A DNA stretch of 64,000 nt from Candidatus Nomurabacteria bacterium (GCA_020632075.1 JACKGH010000001.1:729778-793777), one strand, 5' to 3'; shown: positions 18,272 to 26,860, counted from the first letter of the stretch. Numbers and translations: made by a program. Notes: generated from the letters alone by a model not told the origin.

Positions 18272-19132
18272 ATGACAACCAACTTTGACTATAGCGAAGC
18301 CTTCTCGAGGAACATTGGACTAGTTTCATTAGAAGAGCAGGAGAAGATTAAGTCCTACACTATCGCAATTCCTGGCATGGGTGGTGTTGGCGGCGCACAT
18401 TTCATCTCACTTGTACGGCAAGGTTTTGAACGTTTCAAAATTGCTGACCTTGATCACTATGAACTCAAAAACTTCAACCGTCAGTACGGCGCCCAATTAG
18501 AAACTGTTGGTCGTCCAAAGGTAGATGTGATGCGGGAAGAAGCATTGAAAATTAATCCTAACTGCAAGATTGAGATTTTCCCAGAAGGCATCTCTCATGA
18601 CAACATTAACGCCTTTCTGACAGGAGTTGATCTAGGAATAGATGCAATTGATGCATTCACTGTCGACATACGACGACTATTTATCAATAGTTGTCACCGT
18701 CAAAACATCCCCGTCATTTCTGCCGGCCCAATTGGGTTTGGGACTGCCTTTTTGATCTTCAAGCCAGATGGACCAAACTATGATACCTACTTCAATATCA
18801 AAGATTCTATGTCGTATGAAAAGCAACTTCTCTCTTTCTTGGTTGGATTAGTACCAAAACTTCTTCAGCGCTCCTACATGAAGGGGATCAATCTCTCAGA
18901 AAAACGCGGACCATCATCAATCGGTTCAATTAATCTCTGCGCCGGAGTCGTCACAATACACGCTGTCAAAATCCTTCTGAAAAAAGGTCATGTGAAAGCT
19001 GTGCCATACTACCATCAGTTTGATCTCATGCGTGAAAGATATGTTACAAAAAGACTTTGGTTTGGAAACAAAAACCCTATCCAAAAACTAAAACTTTACC
19101 TCGCTAAATTCTTAGTAAAAGACCAACCATAA
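18272..19132 (+). CDS. tcdA: ThiF-family enzyme, TcdA/CsdL-like tRNA threonylcarbamoyladenosine dehydratase
   Basis: IAIPGMGGVGGAHF Rossmann loop, DxDxxxxxNxNRQ, INPNCKIEIF, IDAIDA, IPVISAGPIGFG. Collinear with E. coli TcdA as remembered. Confidence 0.6.
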   Translation: MTTNFDYSEAFSRNIGLVSLEEQEKIKSYTIAIPGMGGVGGAHFISLVRQGFERFKIADLDHYELKNFNRQYGAQLETVGRPKVDVMREEALKINPNCKIEIFPEGISHDNINAFLTGVDLGIDAIDAFTVDIRRLFINSCHRQNIPVISAGPIGFGTAFLIFKPDGPNYDTYFNIKDSMSYEKQLLSFLVGLVPKLLQRSYMKGINLSEKRGPSSIGSINLCAGVVTIHAVKILLKKGHVKAVPYYHQFDLMRERYVTKRLWFGNKNPIQKLKLYLAKFLVKDQP

Positions 19133-19138
19133 ACTTGT

Positions 19139-19765
19139 ATGAGTGAACTATATTCGTACCTCACCTCCTTTGAATCTGCAACCAACTTGTTTTTTACCGC
19201 AATTCAAAATCACGGTTTACTTGCGGTTTTGATGGGCGTTTTTCTTTTAGGGGAAACTGTCATCATTACCTCGCTTATCCTAACCCAGCAAGGAGTTCTC
19301 GACTTATCTGAAGTGATCGTCGCGTCAACAATCGGATCTCTCCTTGCAGATTTATTTTGGTTTGTCATTGGCCGTTACCACCCACAAAATCTCATACCAA
19401 AATCGATTAGAGAAAACGTCTTCGGACCAACCAGTAATGTTCTAACCTCTCTTATTCGTGGCCGTTACTTTTTGGCGCTACTATTCTTACAATTTTTCAT
19501 AGGTACGCGACTAATGATTATCCTGTATCTCTCTCGCCAAAAAATTAGCCCCCTTCGCTTTGCAATATATGACTGTACAGGAACCTTTATATACCTAATT
19601 GTTTTTTCAATTCTCGGGCTCTATCTAGGTCAAACCATCAACGAGGTCTTACCAACATATAAGCTCACAACTAGTATAATCACTGGCATCCTTGTCATTA
19701 CGCTCATTACCATTGTTTCTAGAAACATGATGCGTAAACTGAAGCTCGAGCAAACGTCACGATAA
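19139..19765 (+). CDS. DedA family (VTT domain) membrane protein
   Basis: LLGETVIITSLIL...ASTIGSLLADLFWFVIGR. Confidence 0.65.
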   Translation: MSELYSYLTSFESATNLFFTAIQNHGLLAVLMGVFLLGETVIITSLILTQQGVLDLSEVIVASTIGSLLADLFWFVIGRYHPQNLIPKSIRENVFGPTSNVLTSLIRGRYFLALLFLQFFIGTRLMIILYLSRQKISPLRFAIYDCTGTFIYLIVFSILGLYLGQTINEVLPTYKLTTSIITGILVITLITIVSRNMMRKLKLEQTSR

Positions 19766-19804
19766 TCATTGGAGGCGGCAAGACTCCGCGTCAGATCCGA
19801 GCAC

Positions 19805-19836
19805 AAAAAGAAAAGCCGGCAGCCGCCGACTTTTCT
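19805..19836. terminator. bidirectional terminator
   Basis: A-run, GC hairpin (cggc/gccg) and T-run between the DedA gene and the 3' end of tRNA-Arg. Confidence 0.45.
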
Positions 19837-19840
19837 TAGT

Positions 19841-19912
19841 GTGCTCTCGCCAGGAATCGAACCTGGAGCGCTGGTACCGCAAACCAGCATTTTATCCATT
19901 AAACTACGAGAG
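19841..19912 (-). tRNA. tRNA-Arg (anticodon read as GCG; isotype needs software confirmation)
   Basis: Manual fold on minus: acceptor gctctcg/cgagagc, D-arm identical to the TCT tRNA-Arg, anticodon stem ctggt/accag with loop ttGCGgt, T-arm ccagg-ttcgatt-cctgg. Confidence 0.6.
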
Positions 19913-20070
19913 CAAACGAGTGACTAAATAAAAGTTCACTCTTATTTAGGTCGCGAGTGCAGCTCTCGAAATAAATTTCGGAGAAATTTATTTTCAGTAG
20001 AGCGAGCACCATGCTTTTTACGTGTGACAGTAGAGCAAGTGATTGTCACCCACGTGGCCAACACTATACC

Positions 20071-20541
20071 CTAAAATCCAAATAATTCCAGTACTTTAAT
20101 GAAGAGCGGTTCTTCAAGGTCCTCCTCGGGCAGTTTCTCTTTGAGAATACTTTCGATATCGTCGATGTGGTTGGTCGGGATCGGCAACACAATAAGTGGC
20201 ATGAGCTTGCGCTCAGACTTGAGGAGGAGCTGTGGCCCTTTGATATCCTCTTCATTGATCGCGTAACTTTCAAGGGTTGAAAATGGGTAGAGACGATCAT
20301 CGATCTTCACCCCGCGTACAGTGACCGCATACGGAATGATCGATGGACGCTTGGCTGCCGATACCGCGAGCGCACCACCGGCCAGGCCGATCACGAGTGC
20401 GAAGAGAGGATCTTCAAACAAGACCGCCACGATCACGAGTGCAGCCACAATGATCATAACGGCAAAATACCAGTCATTCCCTTTCTCGACGTGATGGTGC
20501 TCCGGAGCTTCCCAGGTGACACTTCGTGCTGTTGGTTCCAT
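20071..20541 (-). CDS. hypothetical membrane protein (156 aa)
   Basis: ORF 20071..20724, but its first 61 codons are the antisense of tRNA-Ser (RERDSNPR artefact). Real start taken as ATG 20541. Two TM helices. Confidence 0.45.
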   Translation of the reverse strand: MEPTARSVTWEAPEHHHVEKGNDWYFAVMIIVAALVIVAVLFEDPLFALVIGLAGGALAVSAAKRPSIIPYAVTVRGVKIDDRLYPFSTLESYAINEEDIKGPQLLLKSERKLMPLIVLPIPTNHIDDIESILKEKLPEEDLEEPLFIKVLELFGF

Positions 20542-20628
20542 TCCAAAAATTGTACCATAGGCTTCCGGTGAACCAGGTGTACAATTCACGCATCTTTTGG
20601 TACTATCGTGGCCACAATTACATAAATT

Positions 20629-20718
20629 GGAGAGATGGCTGAGTGGTTGAAGGCAGCGGTCTTGAAAACCGCCAGGGGTGAAAGCTCCTCGAGGGTTCGA
20701 ATCCCTCTCTCTCCGCCA
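20629..20718 (+). tRNA. tRNA-Ser (anticodon TGA), CCA encoded
   Basis: ggagaga acceptor, long variable arm, anticodon loop cTTGAaa, T-arm gaggg-ttcgaat-ccctc, tctctcc-g-CCA. Confidence 0.8.
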
Positions 20719-20728
20719 AGACATAATA

Positions 20729-20754
20729 GCGCCCGCAAGGGCGCATATTTTGTT
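20729..20754 (+). terminator. intrinsic terminator after tRNA-Ser
   Basis: gcgccc-gcaa-gggcgc + atattttgtt. Confidence 0.5.
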
Positions 20755-20810
20755 GGCGGAGAGAGAGTAACCTGCCCTGCGGCAGGTTACGTAGGGATTC
20801 GAAGGCCGGA
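20753..20810 (-). other. inverted degenerate copy of the tRNA-Ser 3' half (T-loop-like TTCGAATCCC + CTCTCTCTCCGCCAA) interrupted by a perfect 10-bp hairpin
   Basis: Minus strand reads ccggccTTCGAATCCCtac[GTAACCTGCC-gcag-GGCAGGTTAC]CTCTCTCTCCGCCAA. The last 15 nt are an exact inverted repeat of tRNA-Ser 20705..20719. Confidence 0.5.
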
Positions 20811-20815
20811 ACGAT

Positions 20816-21004
20816 GTGAGGAAGTATGACGAACGAGTGAACGGCGCGTGTTGCGAAGGATTCCCTTCCGAATGGATCTTCGGTCCCTACAACAAGAACC
20901 AGCAGGAGTTTACGATCGAGCTGTACTCGGAATACGACGTCTGGATGTTCTTCTATTTGCTCGTCAGGCATCTGGCTGCGCAGCAGAAAGCTACTGCTGC
21001 CTGA
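20816..21004 (+). CDS. small hypothetical protein (62 aa, GTG start), low confidence
   Basis: ORF followed by a good terminator at 21033..21056. No RBS. Could instead be part of a non-coding transcript. Confidence 0.25.
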   Translation: MRKYDERVNGACCEGFPSEWIFGPYNKNQQEFTIELYSEYDVWMFFYLLVRHLAAQQKATAA

Positions 21005-21032
21005 AGCATACCGCTCCTCATGGAACCGCCAT

Positions 21033-21056
21033 GGAGGGCGGTTTTTGAATACCCAA
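21033..21056 (+). terminator. intrinsic terminator
   Basis: accgcc-atggag-ggcggt + TTTTT. Confidence 0.55.
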
Positions 21057-21142
21057 ACACCAAAATGAGGAGTAAGTTATTAGAGGGTCGCAAGAAATTT
21101 TCGCTGAAAATTTACTTATACTTTTATCAAACCTTAATGTTA

Positions 21143-22270
21143 CTACTGGTTCCTAATGCCCATCAAATCATTAAATATCTGAAGGACAGGATTACTGTTA
21201 TCTTTTTCGATCTTTGAAACATAACCAATAGAAATATTTTTAAACATAGCGTCTGTTGCGTTCTGTAAGACCTTGGCGGTATTTGATCCCTCTTGCTGTT
21301 GTTCATAGGCAATAAAATCATCAAGCGTTCTCGCTATTGCGGCACGATGTCTATTTATTGAAGATAAGTGCGAACTGACATTGTAGTTTTTGATTATGAA
21401 AGAAAGCCCAAACCATAATGCAGCTATAATTACCAACTTAGAAATTAGAGCCGTCCACATTACTGTTGAACTAACTGCATGAACCTCGTCAATATTACTT
21501 AAATTATCAGCAACAGCGTCAGCACTGGTCGCACTGAGAGAAAAACCTATTCGAGCTTGATTGGAGACAATAGTTTCCTGTTGTTGAATAAATTCATTTA
21601 CTGAAGTATACGCCTCATACCCTGTCCAAATTAAACCTCCAATGACTAGAATATAGCCGACCACAACAGTGACCAGCCAGCGATTTGATTGAATGCTGTA
21701 CTTAGCAGCCTCAGCCTGAAAATGGCTTGCCATACTCACAGCTGCTCGCTTTCCCATCTCCTCACCAACCTCTTTATTCCCAGACCTTATCTTACTTGTC
21801 TCTTCTTTAATCAACGACAATCCGCTTTCCAACTCTTTTCTAATCTCGACCACCTTTTGAATTTCCTCATCCAACTTTTTCTCATCAGGGTTTGTTCTTC
21901 TGATTTCTTCTCTTAAATAAGGAAGGATTCTCATCGCAATCTCCTTGTGAGCATCATTATAGAAATCATCGACACGTTGATTAAATAAATCACTTTCCTG
22001 TCTAGCATTACTTACATCCTCAAGCCTGAATTGAACCAACCACTGTAAATGCTCAGCTAATCTCTTGAGGGTGATTTTTAAGTAATTCAAGTCTTCTTGA
22101 ATAAGAGTATCTGCTGTCGCGAGCGCCTGAGCTTCCTTCAACCAACTTTGCACTCTTGAGAGCTTTTTGTCAGCGTTATCAAAAACCAAACTTCCAAACC
22201 TAGTGTCCAAAGCTATTTCTGAGACATTAACATCGAGTGCATTGCGCCTGGTAACTTCTTCAATCATTCT
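21143..22270 (-). CDS. hypothetical coiled-coil membrane protein (about 375 aa; N-terminal cytoplasmic coiled coil, 2 TM helices, C-terminal domain)
   Basis: AT-rich. Start at 22321 or 22270. No recognisable catalytic motif. Confidence 0.5.
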   Translation of the reverse strand, partial: RMIEEVTRRNALDVNVSEIALDTRFGSLVFDNADKKLSRVQSWLKEAQALATADTLIQEDLNYLKITLKRLAEHLQWLVQFRLEDVSNARQESDLFNQRVDDFYNDAHKEIAMRILPYLREEIRRTNPDEKKLDEEIQKVVEIRKELESGLSLIKEETSKIRSGNKEVGEEMGKRAAVSMASHFQAEAAKYSIQSNRWLVTVVVGYILVIGGLIWTGYEAYTSVNEFIQQQETIVSNQARIGFSLSATSADAVADNLSNIDEVHAVSSTVMWTALISKLVIIAALWFGLSFIIKNYNVSSHLSSINRHRAAIARTLDDFIAYEQQQEGSNTAKVLQNATDAMFKNISIGYVSKIEKDNSNPVLQIFNDLMGIRNQ

Positions 22271-22340
22271 TGAACTATACACCCCTTGTTTAAACCAGCA
22301 ACTTCTCAAAAACCCCGGCATCAGCCGGGGTTCCTCCTAC

Positions 22341-22925
22341 TCAAAGATCCTTCTTATACTCTTCCCAGAGCGGCAGCCACTCATCGCGGACAACCGACAG
22401 AACGATCTCGTCGTGCCGCTGACCGAAGCGATAGAAGCGGCTCCGCAAGCGCGCTTCTTCCTTGTAGCCACACTTGCGACTGTACGCCGCCGAGCGATCA
22501 TTGAAGCCAATGACGCGCGACTCGACCACCTCCAAGCCAAGAAAGTTGAAGGCGTAATCGAGGAGGACCATCTTGGCGTCGGTGCCGTAGCCCTGGCCGC
22601 GATGCTTCTCTTCAAAGATCACCGAGCCAGTGATCGCTGTACGATTGAGATAGTCGATCAGATGGAGCCCCATCGTACCGATCAGCTCACCTTCGAGTGT
22701 GCAGACAGCCACCACTACTTCCTTCTCACTTGGCGCCTGCACTTTCTTGATCCACTCTTCTTCGAAGACAGGCCCTTTTGGTAGCGTATGTGCCAAGTAC
22801 TGGTACGAATCAGGATCGTTGATCCCGCGATAGATGACCGGCAGGTCGGATAGCTCAAGCGGACAGAGGAGCGTCCGCTTCCCTTTCCGCCAGTAGACGC
22901 GCGAATTGCTTACTTCTTTAGTCAT
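22341..22925 (-). CDS. GNAT family N-acetyltransferase (RimJ/RimL-like)
   Basis: HRGQGYGTDA acetyl-CoA-binding motif. Start at ATG 22925 with AGAGGT 7 nt upstream. Confidence 0.75.
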   Translation of the reverse strand: MTKEVSNSRVYWRKGKRTLLCPLELSDLPVIYRGINDPDSYQYLAHTLPKGPVFEEEWIKKVQAPSEKEVVVAVCTLEGELIGTMGLHLIDYLNRTAITGSVIFEEKHRGQGYGTDAKMVLLDYAFNFLGLEVVESRVIGFNDRSAAYSRKCGYKEEARLRSRFYRFGQRHDEIVLSVVRDEWLPLWEEYKKDL

Positions 22926-23087
22926 GAGAATTACCTCTTTGGTTGCATGAAAGAACAAACACAGCTTGCCGGGAGGCAAGCTGTTTTGATCTCACAAAGA
23001 GGATGTTGTTTTACAAAGTCATAACATATTGCCTACACAAATACCGAACACAGGAAGAAGCCCAGAGACTGGGTTGTTCTTGGCGAA

Positions 23088-23111
23088 ATCGCAGAAATGC
23101 ATTTCTGCGAT
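23088..23111. promoter_or_regulatory. 24-bp perfect palindrome ATCGCAGAAATG|CATTTCTGCGAT (candidate operator)
   Basis: Seen in sequence, in the 325-bp region upstream of the GNAT gene. Confidence 0.35.
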
Positions 23112-23216
23112 CCGCGCCTGTGATTCGGTTGTGTATGCAATATGTCGCATACTTAAATAGTACAAGTGAATGTATTTCTGTCAATCTGTAGCGGACGCTT
23201 GATCAAGTGACACAAA

Positions 23217-23245
23217 AAGACCCCCCTCCGGGGTCTTGCTAGATC
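23217..23245 (-). terminator. intrinsic terminator of 23251..23715
   Basis: agacccc-ggaggggg-gtct then T-run on the minus strand. Confidence 0.55.
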
Positions 23246-23250
23246 ATGTC

Positions 23251-23715
23251 TCATTTCTTGAACGGAAGCACCGTTGCTTTTGATGGCTCATCGCAGTGCT
23301 GGCCGCAGAAGGCGGCGACCAAGCGATCGGACTGCACCTTCAACTCCGGAGCCTTTGCGTGCATCATGCGACTGATCGCTATGCATGCACCAAGCGCCGA
23401 CCGATGCCGCGCTCGTTCTTGGTCGATCCGCCACTGCAGTTGCTTGGCACGCGCTGGATCAGCGGCGTTTGCAATAGTTTCCTCAATGAGGGCACGACGG
23501 AAGTGTGAAAAGGTGTCTGGATACTCCGCTGCTAGCCGAGCCACCTCAGTAAATGAGAGTGCTTGATACAGTACCAGGACCGGCAACGATTCCATTGCAC
23601 CGCCAACACATTCTCGACAGAATTCAGCCAGTGCACTTTGGTCATGAAGAGCCAGCATGCCGACATTGCCGCGCTGGACCGACTCCCAAAACAGTTCATG
23701 CTGCATGGTACTCAC
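23251..23715 (-). CDS. hypothetical protein (154 aa)
   Basis: ORF with no recognisable motif. Confidence 0.45.
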   Translation of the reverse strand: MSTMQHELFWESVQRGNVGMLALHDQSALAEFCRECVGGAMESLPVLVLYQALSFTEVARLAAEYPDTFSHFRRALIEETIANAADPARAKQLQWRIDQERARHRSALGACIAISRMMHAKAPELKVQSDRLVAAFCGQHCDEPSKATVLPFKK

Positions 23716-23780
23716 CCCTTGCTTAGATACCTGTTCACATTAGATACCTGCTGTGGATTTTTGTAAAGCATAGCTACAAA

Positions 23781-23808
23781 AAACAGCCCACTTGGGCTGT
23801 TTTTTAAT
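23781..23808. terminator. bidirectional terminator
   Basis: aaaaaacagccc-actt-gggctgtttttt. Confidence 0.6.
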
Positions 23809-23823
23809 GATAGACGCGTGTGC

Positions 23824-24255
23824 TTACGCACGCTTACTGATCATTCGATACTTCCCTGTGCCGAGTCCCATGATCGCTATCGCACCAAAGAGGTACATGA
23901 GCTGCAATTCGATCGCCCATCCACCAGTTGAACCAAGCGCAACTATGTCACCAATATGCGCGAGCAAGATCGCCACCACCAGCGTGATAGCAATAAGTGC
24001 TGCGGCGAGCTTGGTGCGATACCCGATGATCAACATGATCGGCGCTACGATCTCTCCAATGTATATCAAGTATGCCAAGAAAGCTGGTAGATGTGCGCCA
24101 TTGAATAAGCCACCGATCCATTCGACCGCTCCAGGATTCTGCACCTTGTAGATGCCGTGAAGGAGGATCAAGACACCAAGTACCACTCGCAGCATAAGCT
24201 TGGCAGCGTCTTCGGAGACGCAATTATGTACTACGTCACAAACTTTTTTCATCAT
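23824..24255 (-). CDS. DoxX family membrane protein
   Basis: 4-TM DoxX profile (LRVVLGVLILLHG...). Divergent from the HxlR regulator. Confidence 0.75.
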   Translation of the reverse strand: MMKKVCDVVHNCVSEDAAKLMLRVVLGVLILLHGIYKVQNPGAVEWIGGLFNGAHLPAFLAYLIYIGEIVAPIMLIIGYRTKLAAALIAITLVVAILLAHIGDIVALGSTGGWAIELQLMYLFGAIAIMGLGTGKYRMISKRA

Positions 24256-24311
24256 ACGTTCAAACCGTTATCTATAAAAACTTTAAAATGTAAAGTTACT
24301 TTAGTGTAGCA

Positions 24312-24336
24312 AGTAGCTTTATAATGTAAAGCTACT
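24312..24336 (+). promoter_or_regulatory. hxlR promoter -10 (TATAAT 24320..24325) embedded in inverted repeat AGTAGCTTTA-taatg-TAAAGCTACT
   Basis: Perfect 10-bp arms. Additional AATGTAAAGyTACTT direct repeat at 24282 and 24323. Confidence 0.4.
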
Positions 24337-24366
24337 TATCCGCAGGTATGCTATACTACCAGCACC

Positions 24367-24654
24367 ATGAAAAAGACCCCCGTCTGCCCTGCCACCAAGA
24401 TCCTCAACCTCCTCAGCAAGCGCCATATGCTCGTGATCTTACACGGGCTTGCCAACAAGCCCCGCGGCTTTTCTGACTTACAAGATACCCTTGAAATAAA
24501 CACCGCAACGCTTGCCAGCCGACTCCGCGAACTTGAAGAGGAGCAGATCATTGAGAAGATCGCCTGTCCCAAAGACTCTCGTGCACACTACTACGGACTC
24601 ACCACTCGAGGCAAAAAGATGAGTAAACTCATTGAGCAATTTGCAAAATTGTGA
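24367..24654 (+). CDS. HxlR-family winged-helix transcriptional regulator
   Basis: CP...IL..L..G..RF..L......I....L...L..LE..GLV motif run (CPATKILNLLSKRHMLVILHGL...RFSDL). Classic divergent hxlR-doxX pair. Confidence 0.8.
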   Translation: MKKTPVCPATKILNLLSKRHMLVILHGLANKPRGFSDLQDTLEINTATLASRLRELEEEQIIEKIACPKDSRAHYYGLTTRGKKMSKLIEQFAKL

Positions 24655-24674
24655 TCAGGATCAACATGACTAAC

Positions 24675-24703
24675 AAAAAACCCGGGCTTTACGCCCGGGT
24701 TGT
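24675..24703. terminator. bidirectional terminator
   Basis: aaaaaacccgggc-ttta-gcccggg. Confidence 0.5.
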
Positions 24704-24719
24704 GTCATTCCTTGAAACA

Positions 24720-26678
24720 TCATGCAGCGCGTGAGCAGCCGGCCGGCGGTGTGATCTCTTTGAGAGAACCGTGGACGTCCGAGAGTGTCGGATCGTCTGG
24801 ATTACGATCAACCGAAAACTTCCACAACCGAAACAGACTGATCATACGTGGATTAGCTACTGAGAGCACATCCGCGCGAAACGTCTGCACACCACACTTA
24901 CGTGCCCAATCATACAAGACGCACATGAGATGCGACCCGATCCCCTGTCCAGCCAGATCACTACGACGAGAAAACGAAAGCTCATACAAACCATCACTGG
25001 TACGGTAGGCATGTGCCACCCCAAGCACTTCATCTTCCTTTTCAACCACAAACGCAGCGTGGTCGATAAAATCGAGCGTAGTGTCATACAACCGCTTGAG
25101 GCGCTCAGGGTCAGTGAGGGACTCTATGGTGATGCCAGTACTCAGGTACCTTGTCTCTCGATCTTGCGCACTAAGCTGCGGAATGTACGACTTGATCATA
25201 CTGACGTCTTCATGTGTCGCTGGCCGCAGAATGACCCGATCACCATTTCGCAACGAAACCAACCGCGGCGAAATAGTGTCGACCCCCTGAATGGCCGGCA
25301 GTGCCCGGGACATTTTACCCAGATACTGACGCCAGTCAGGATGTGCAATGGTAAGCATACGCAACACCCGATCGCGATCATCCACCATACGCAGGTCTGC
25401 TACCCCATACTCCGTCACCACAACCACCGGCAAATCTGCACTGATGGTGTTGTGCGTCCCTTCTGGATGCGTTGCGACGATCTTGCTCACCAGCGAACCA
25501 TTCTTGAGAGTAGCAGTGCTGAGGAAGGCAATGATAGCCACTCCCCCTTCAGACCAAGACGCACCAAGCGCAAAGTCATTCTGCCCACCAACATCGGAGT
25601 GATACCGCCGATGCATGGTCGCCGCAGCGATCTCACCCGTAACACTCGCCGAAATGGTTGAGTTTATACTCACCATGTACGGATTGTGTTTAATAAGAGC
25701 AGGATCGTTTACGTACTCCTGAGGCAATACCGCAAAATCAGGATTCTGATGCATCTCCCAGTAGAGATCTTTATCGCCAAGCACAAACCCGACCACGATA
25801 TGGTCGCGCAGAAACGTTCCTCCGAGACGTTTTATCAGACCATTTCGATACAGATCAAGCACACCGTTTGAGAACATCTCAGACCAGATACTAGACACTG
25901 ATACGTTGGCAGCCGCCAACGTCCCCGCCACTGCATTCGGGATAGACCCGATACCTAATTGCAACGTATGAGGCAAATCTCCACTCTCGTCAGCGTATTC
26001 TGCCAACATGGTGAAAATGTGTTCAGCAACAGCAGCTGCCTGCTCTTGCTGATCTGCCTTTGGAGACATCTTGTGCTCATGCAATGGCTCATTGATATGC
26101 ACCACTATGTCGAACTCCGACAATGACATGGCGCACCCAGTCTCAAAGTGACGGTTGGTCGGTGGGTCATAGTACATCCCTATATGCCACCGCGGCATTT
26201 GCTCGTTCACTACCGCTACTTTGAAGTCCGCCGAACGAACAGCAGTGTAGTCCAACCCAGCATTGAGTCCGAGTGTGACACGACCGTATTGATCTGGTGG
26301 CGACACATGTGCGATCGCAACCTGCGGCTTCCAGTGTTCACGCACGAGTCGTGGCACTTGAGAAAGATTGCAGCGAATATTCTTCGCCAGTCCTTCATTC
26401 ACCAATTCCCGAACACCCGGTCCGATAAACGGCGTCACTGGGATCACTCCTTGCGCGACCGCGTCTGACCAACCATGAGCCGGCCCAAGCGCAAGTGTCT
26501 GAAACACATGCACTCCGCGCAACTGATGCGCATTATTGAAGATCCAAGATTCAACCAGTGGTATCAATCCAGTGTTACCCGGCAGATACAGTATCTTCAG
26601 GTCAGATTCGATTCGTGCAAGATGACCTGCAACGTACTTCATCGCACCTGCGACAGAATCAACCCTTTGCTCTTTCAC
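24720..26678 (-). CDS. acetyl-CoA hydrolase/transferase-family domain fused to a C-terminal GNAT acetyltransferase domain
   Basis: GGQNDF motif of the CoA-transferase family at about residue 365. C-terminal ~150 aa carry the GNAT Q/R-x-x-G-x-G/A motif (LAGQGIGSHLM). Confidence 0.65.
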   Translation of the reverse strand: MKEQRVDSVAGAMKYVAGHLARIESDLKILYLPGNTGLIPLVESWIFNNAHQLRGVHVFQTLALGPAHGWSDAVAQGVIPVTPFIGPGVRELVNEGLAKNIRCNLSQVPRLVREHWKPQVAIAHVSPPDQYGRVTLGLNAGLDYTAVRSADFKVAVVNEQMPRWHIGMYYDPPTNRHFETGCAMSLSEFDIVVHINEPLHEHKMSPKADQQEQAAAVAEHIFTMLAEYADESGDLPHTLQLGIGSIPNAVAGTLAAANVSVSSIWSEMFSNGVLDLYRNGLIKRLGGTFLRDHIVVGFVLGDKDLYWEMHQNPDFAVLPQEYVNDPALIKHNPYMVSINSTISASVTGEIAAATMHRRYHSDVGGQNDFALGASWSEGGVAIIAFLSTATLKNGSLVSKIVATHPEGTHNTISADLPVVVVTEYGVADLRMVDDRDRVLRMLTIAHPDWRQYLGKMSRALPAIQGVDTISPRLVSLRNGDRVILRPATHEDVSMIKSYIPQLSAQDRETRYLSTGITIESLTDPERLKRLYDTTLDFIDHAAFVVEKEDEVLGVAHAYRTSDGLYELSFSRRSDLAGQGIGSHLMCVLYDWARKCGVQTFRADVLSVANPRMISLFRLWKFSVDRNPDDPTLSDVHGSLKEITPPAGCSRAA

Positions 26679-26860
26679 GTCTTTTTCCTTACTGCAAAAA
26701 CAGTTTCAAAACAACAAGTCCGCAAGAAGTCTACTCTTCGCCCCACCTCTGTCAACTGACCAAGTGACAGAAAACCCAATAAATCTTGTATTAAATGGTG
26801 GCGGGTGTACTATTTCGACACTCGGACGAAGCTTTTACCATAACCATACCCCGCCTTTCC

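Noticed and set aside
18272-19132. ThiF/E1-like protein considered as part of a novel ubiquitin-like or RiPP-activating system
   Set aside because: Collinear motif match to TcdA/CsdL (ct6A37 dehydratase). No small beta-grasp or precursor-peptide gene adjacent. tsaE is present in the same window, consistent with a t6A-pathway role.
19967-19994. Apparent 11-bp-arm palindrome GAAATAAATTT-cggag-AAATTTATTT(T)C upstream of the minus-strand tRNA-Arg
   Set aside because: On recount the right arm carries an extra T (an indel), and the region is simply very AT-rich. Not reported as an operator.
20618-20971. ORFs 20618..20971(-), 20635..20829(+) and the first 61 codons of 20071..20724(-), which translate to RERDSNPR-type peptides
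   Set aside because: They overlap tRNA-Ser(TGA) at 20629..20718. The RERDSNPRG string is the classic translation of a tRNA T-arm or acceptor. The downstream membrane protein was re-started at 20541.
20816-21004. Micro-ORF ending ...LAAQQKATAA* considered as a tmRNA tag-peptide reading frame
   Set aside because: No tmRNA tRNA-like domain (GGGG... 5' end, TΨC arm + CCA 3' end) brackets it. The LAA-like ending is taken as coincidence. Kept only as a low-confidence small ORF.
24930-25661. Long antisense/shadow ORFs, e.g. 5755..6309(+), 22167..22784(+), 24930..25661(+), 31921..32328(+), 34939..35499(+), 39923..40390(+), 44608..44910(-), 51002..51478(+), 53135..53608(-), 60281..60841(+), 59929..60198(-)
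   Set aside because: Each lies entirely inside a well-supported gene on the opposite strand with clear family motifs. Compositions (e.g. His/Pro-rich mirror of the acidic protein, Ser/Thr/Ala-rich mirrors of the surface proteins) are typical of shadow frames.
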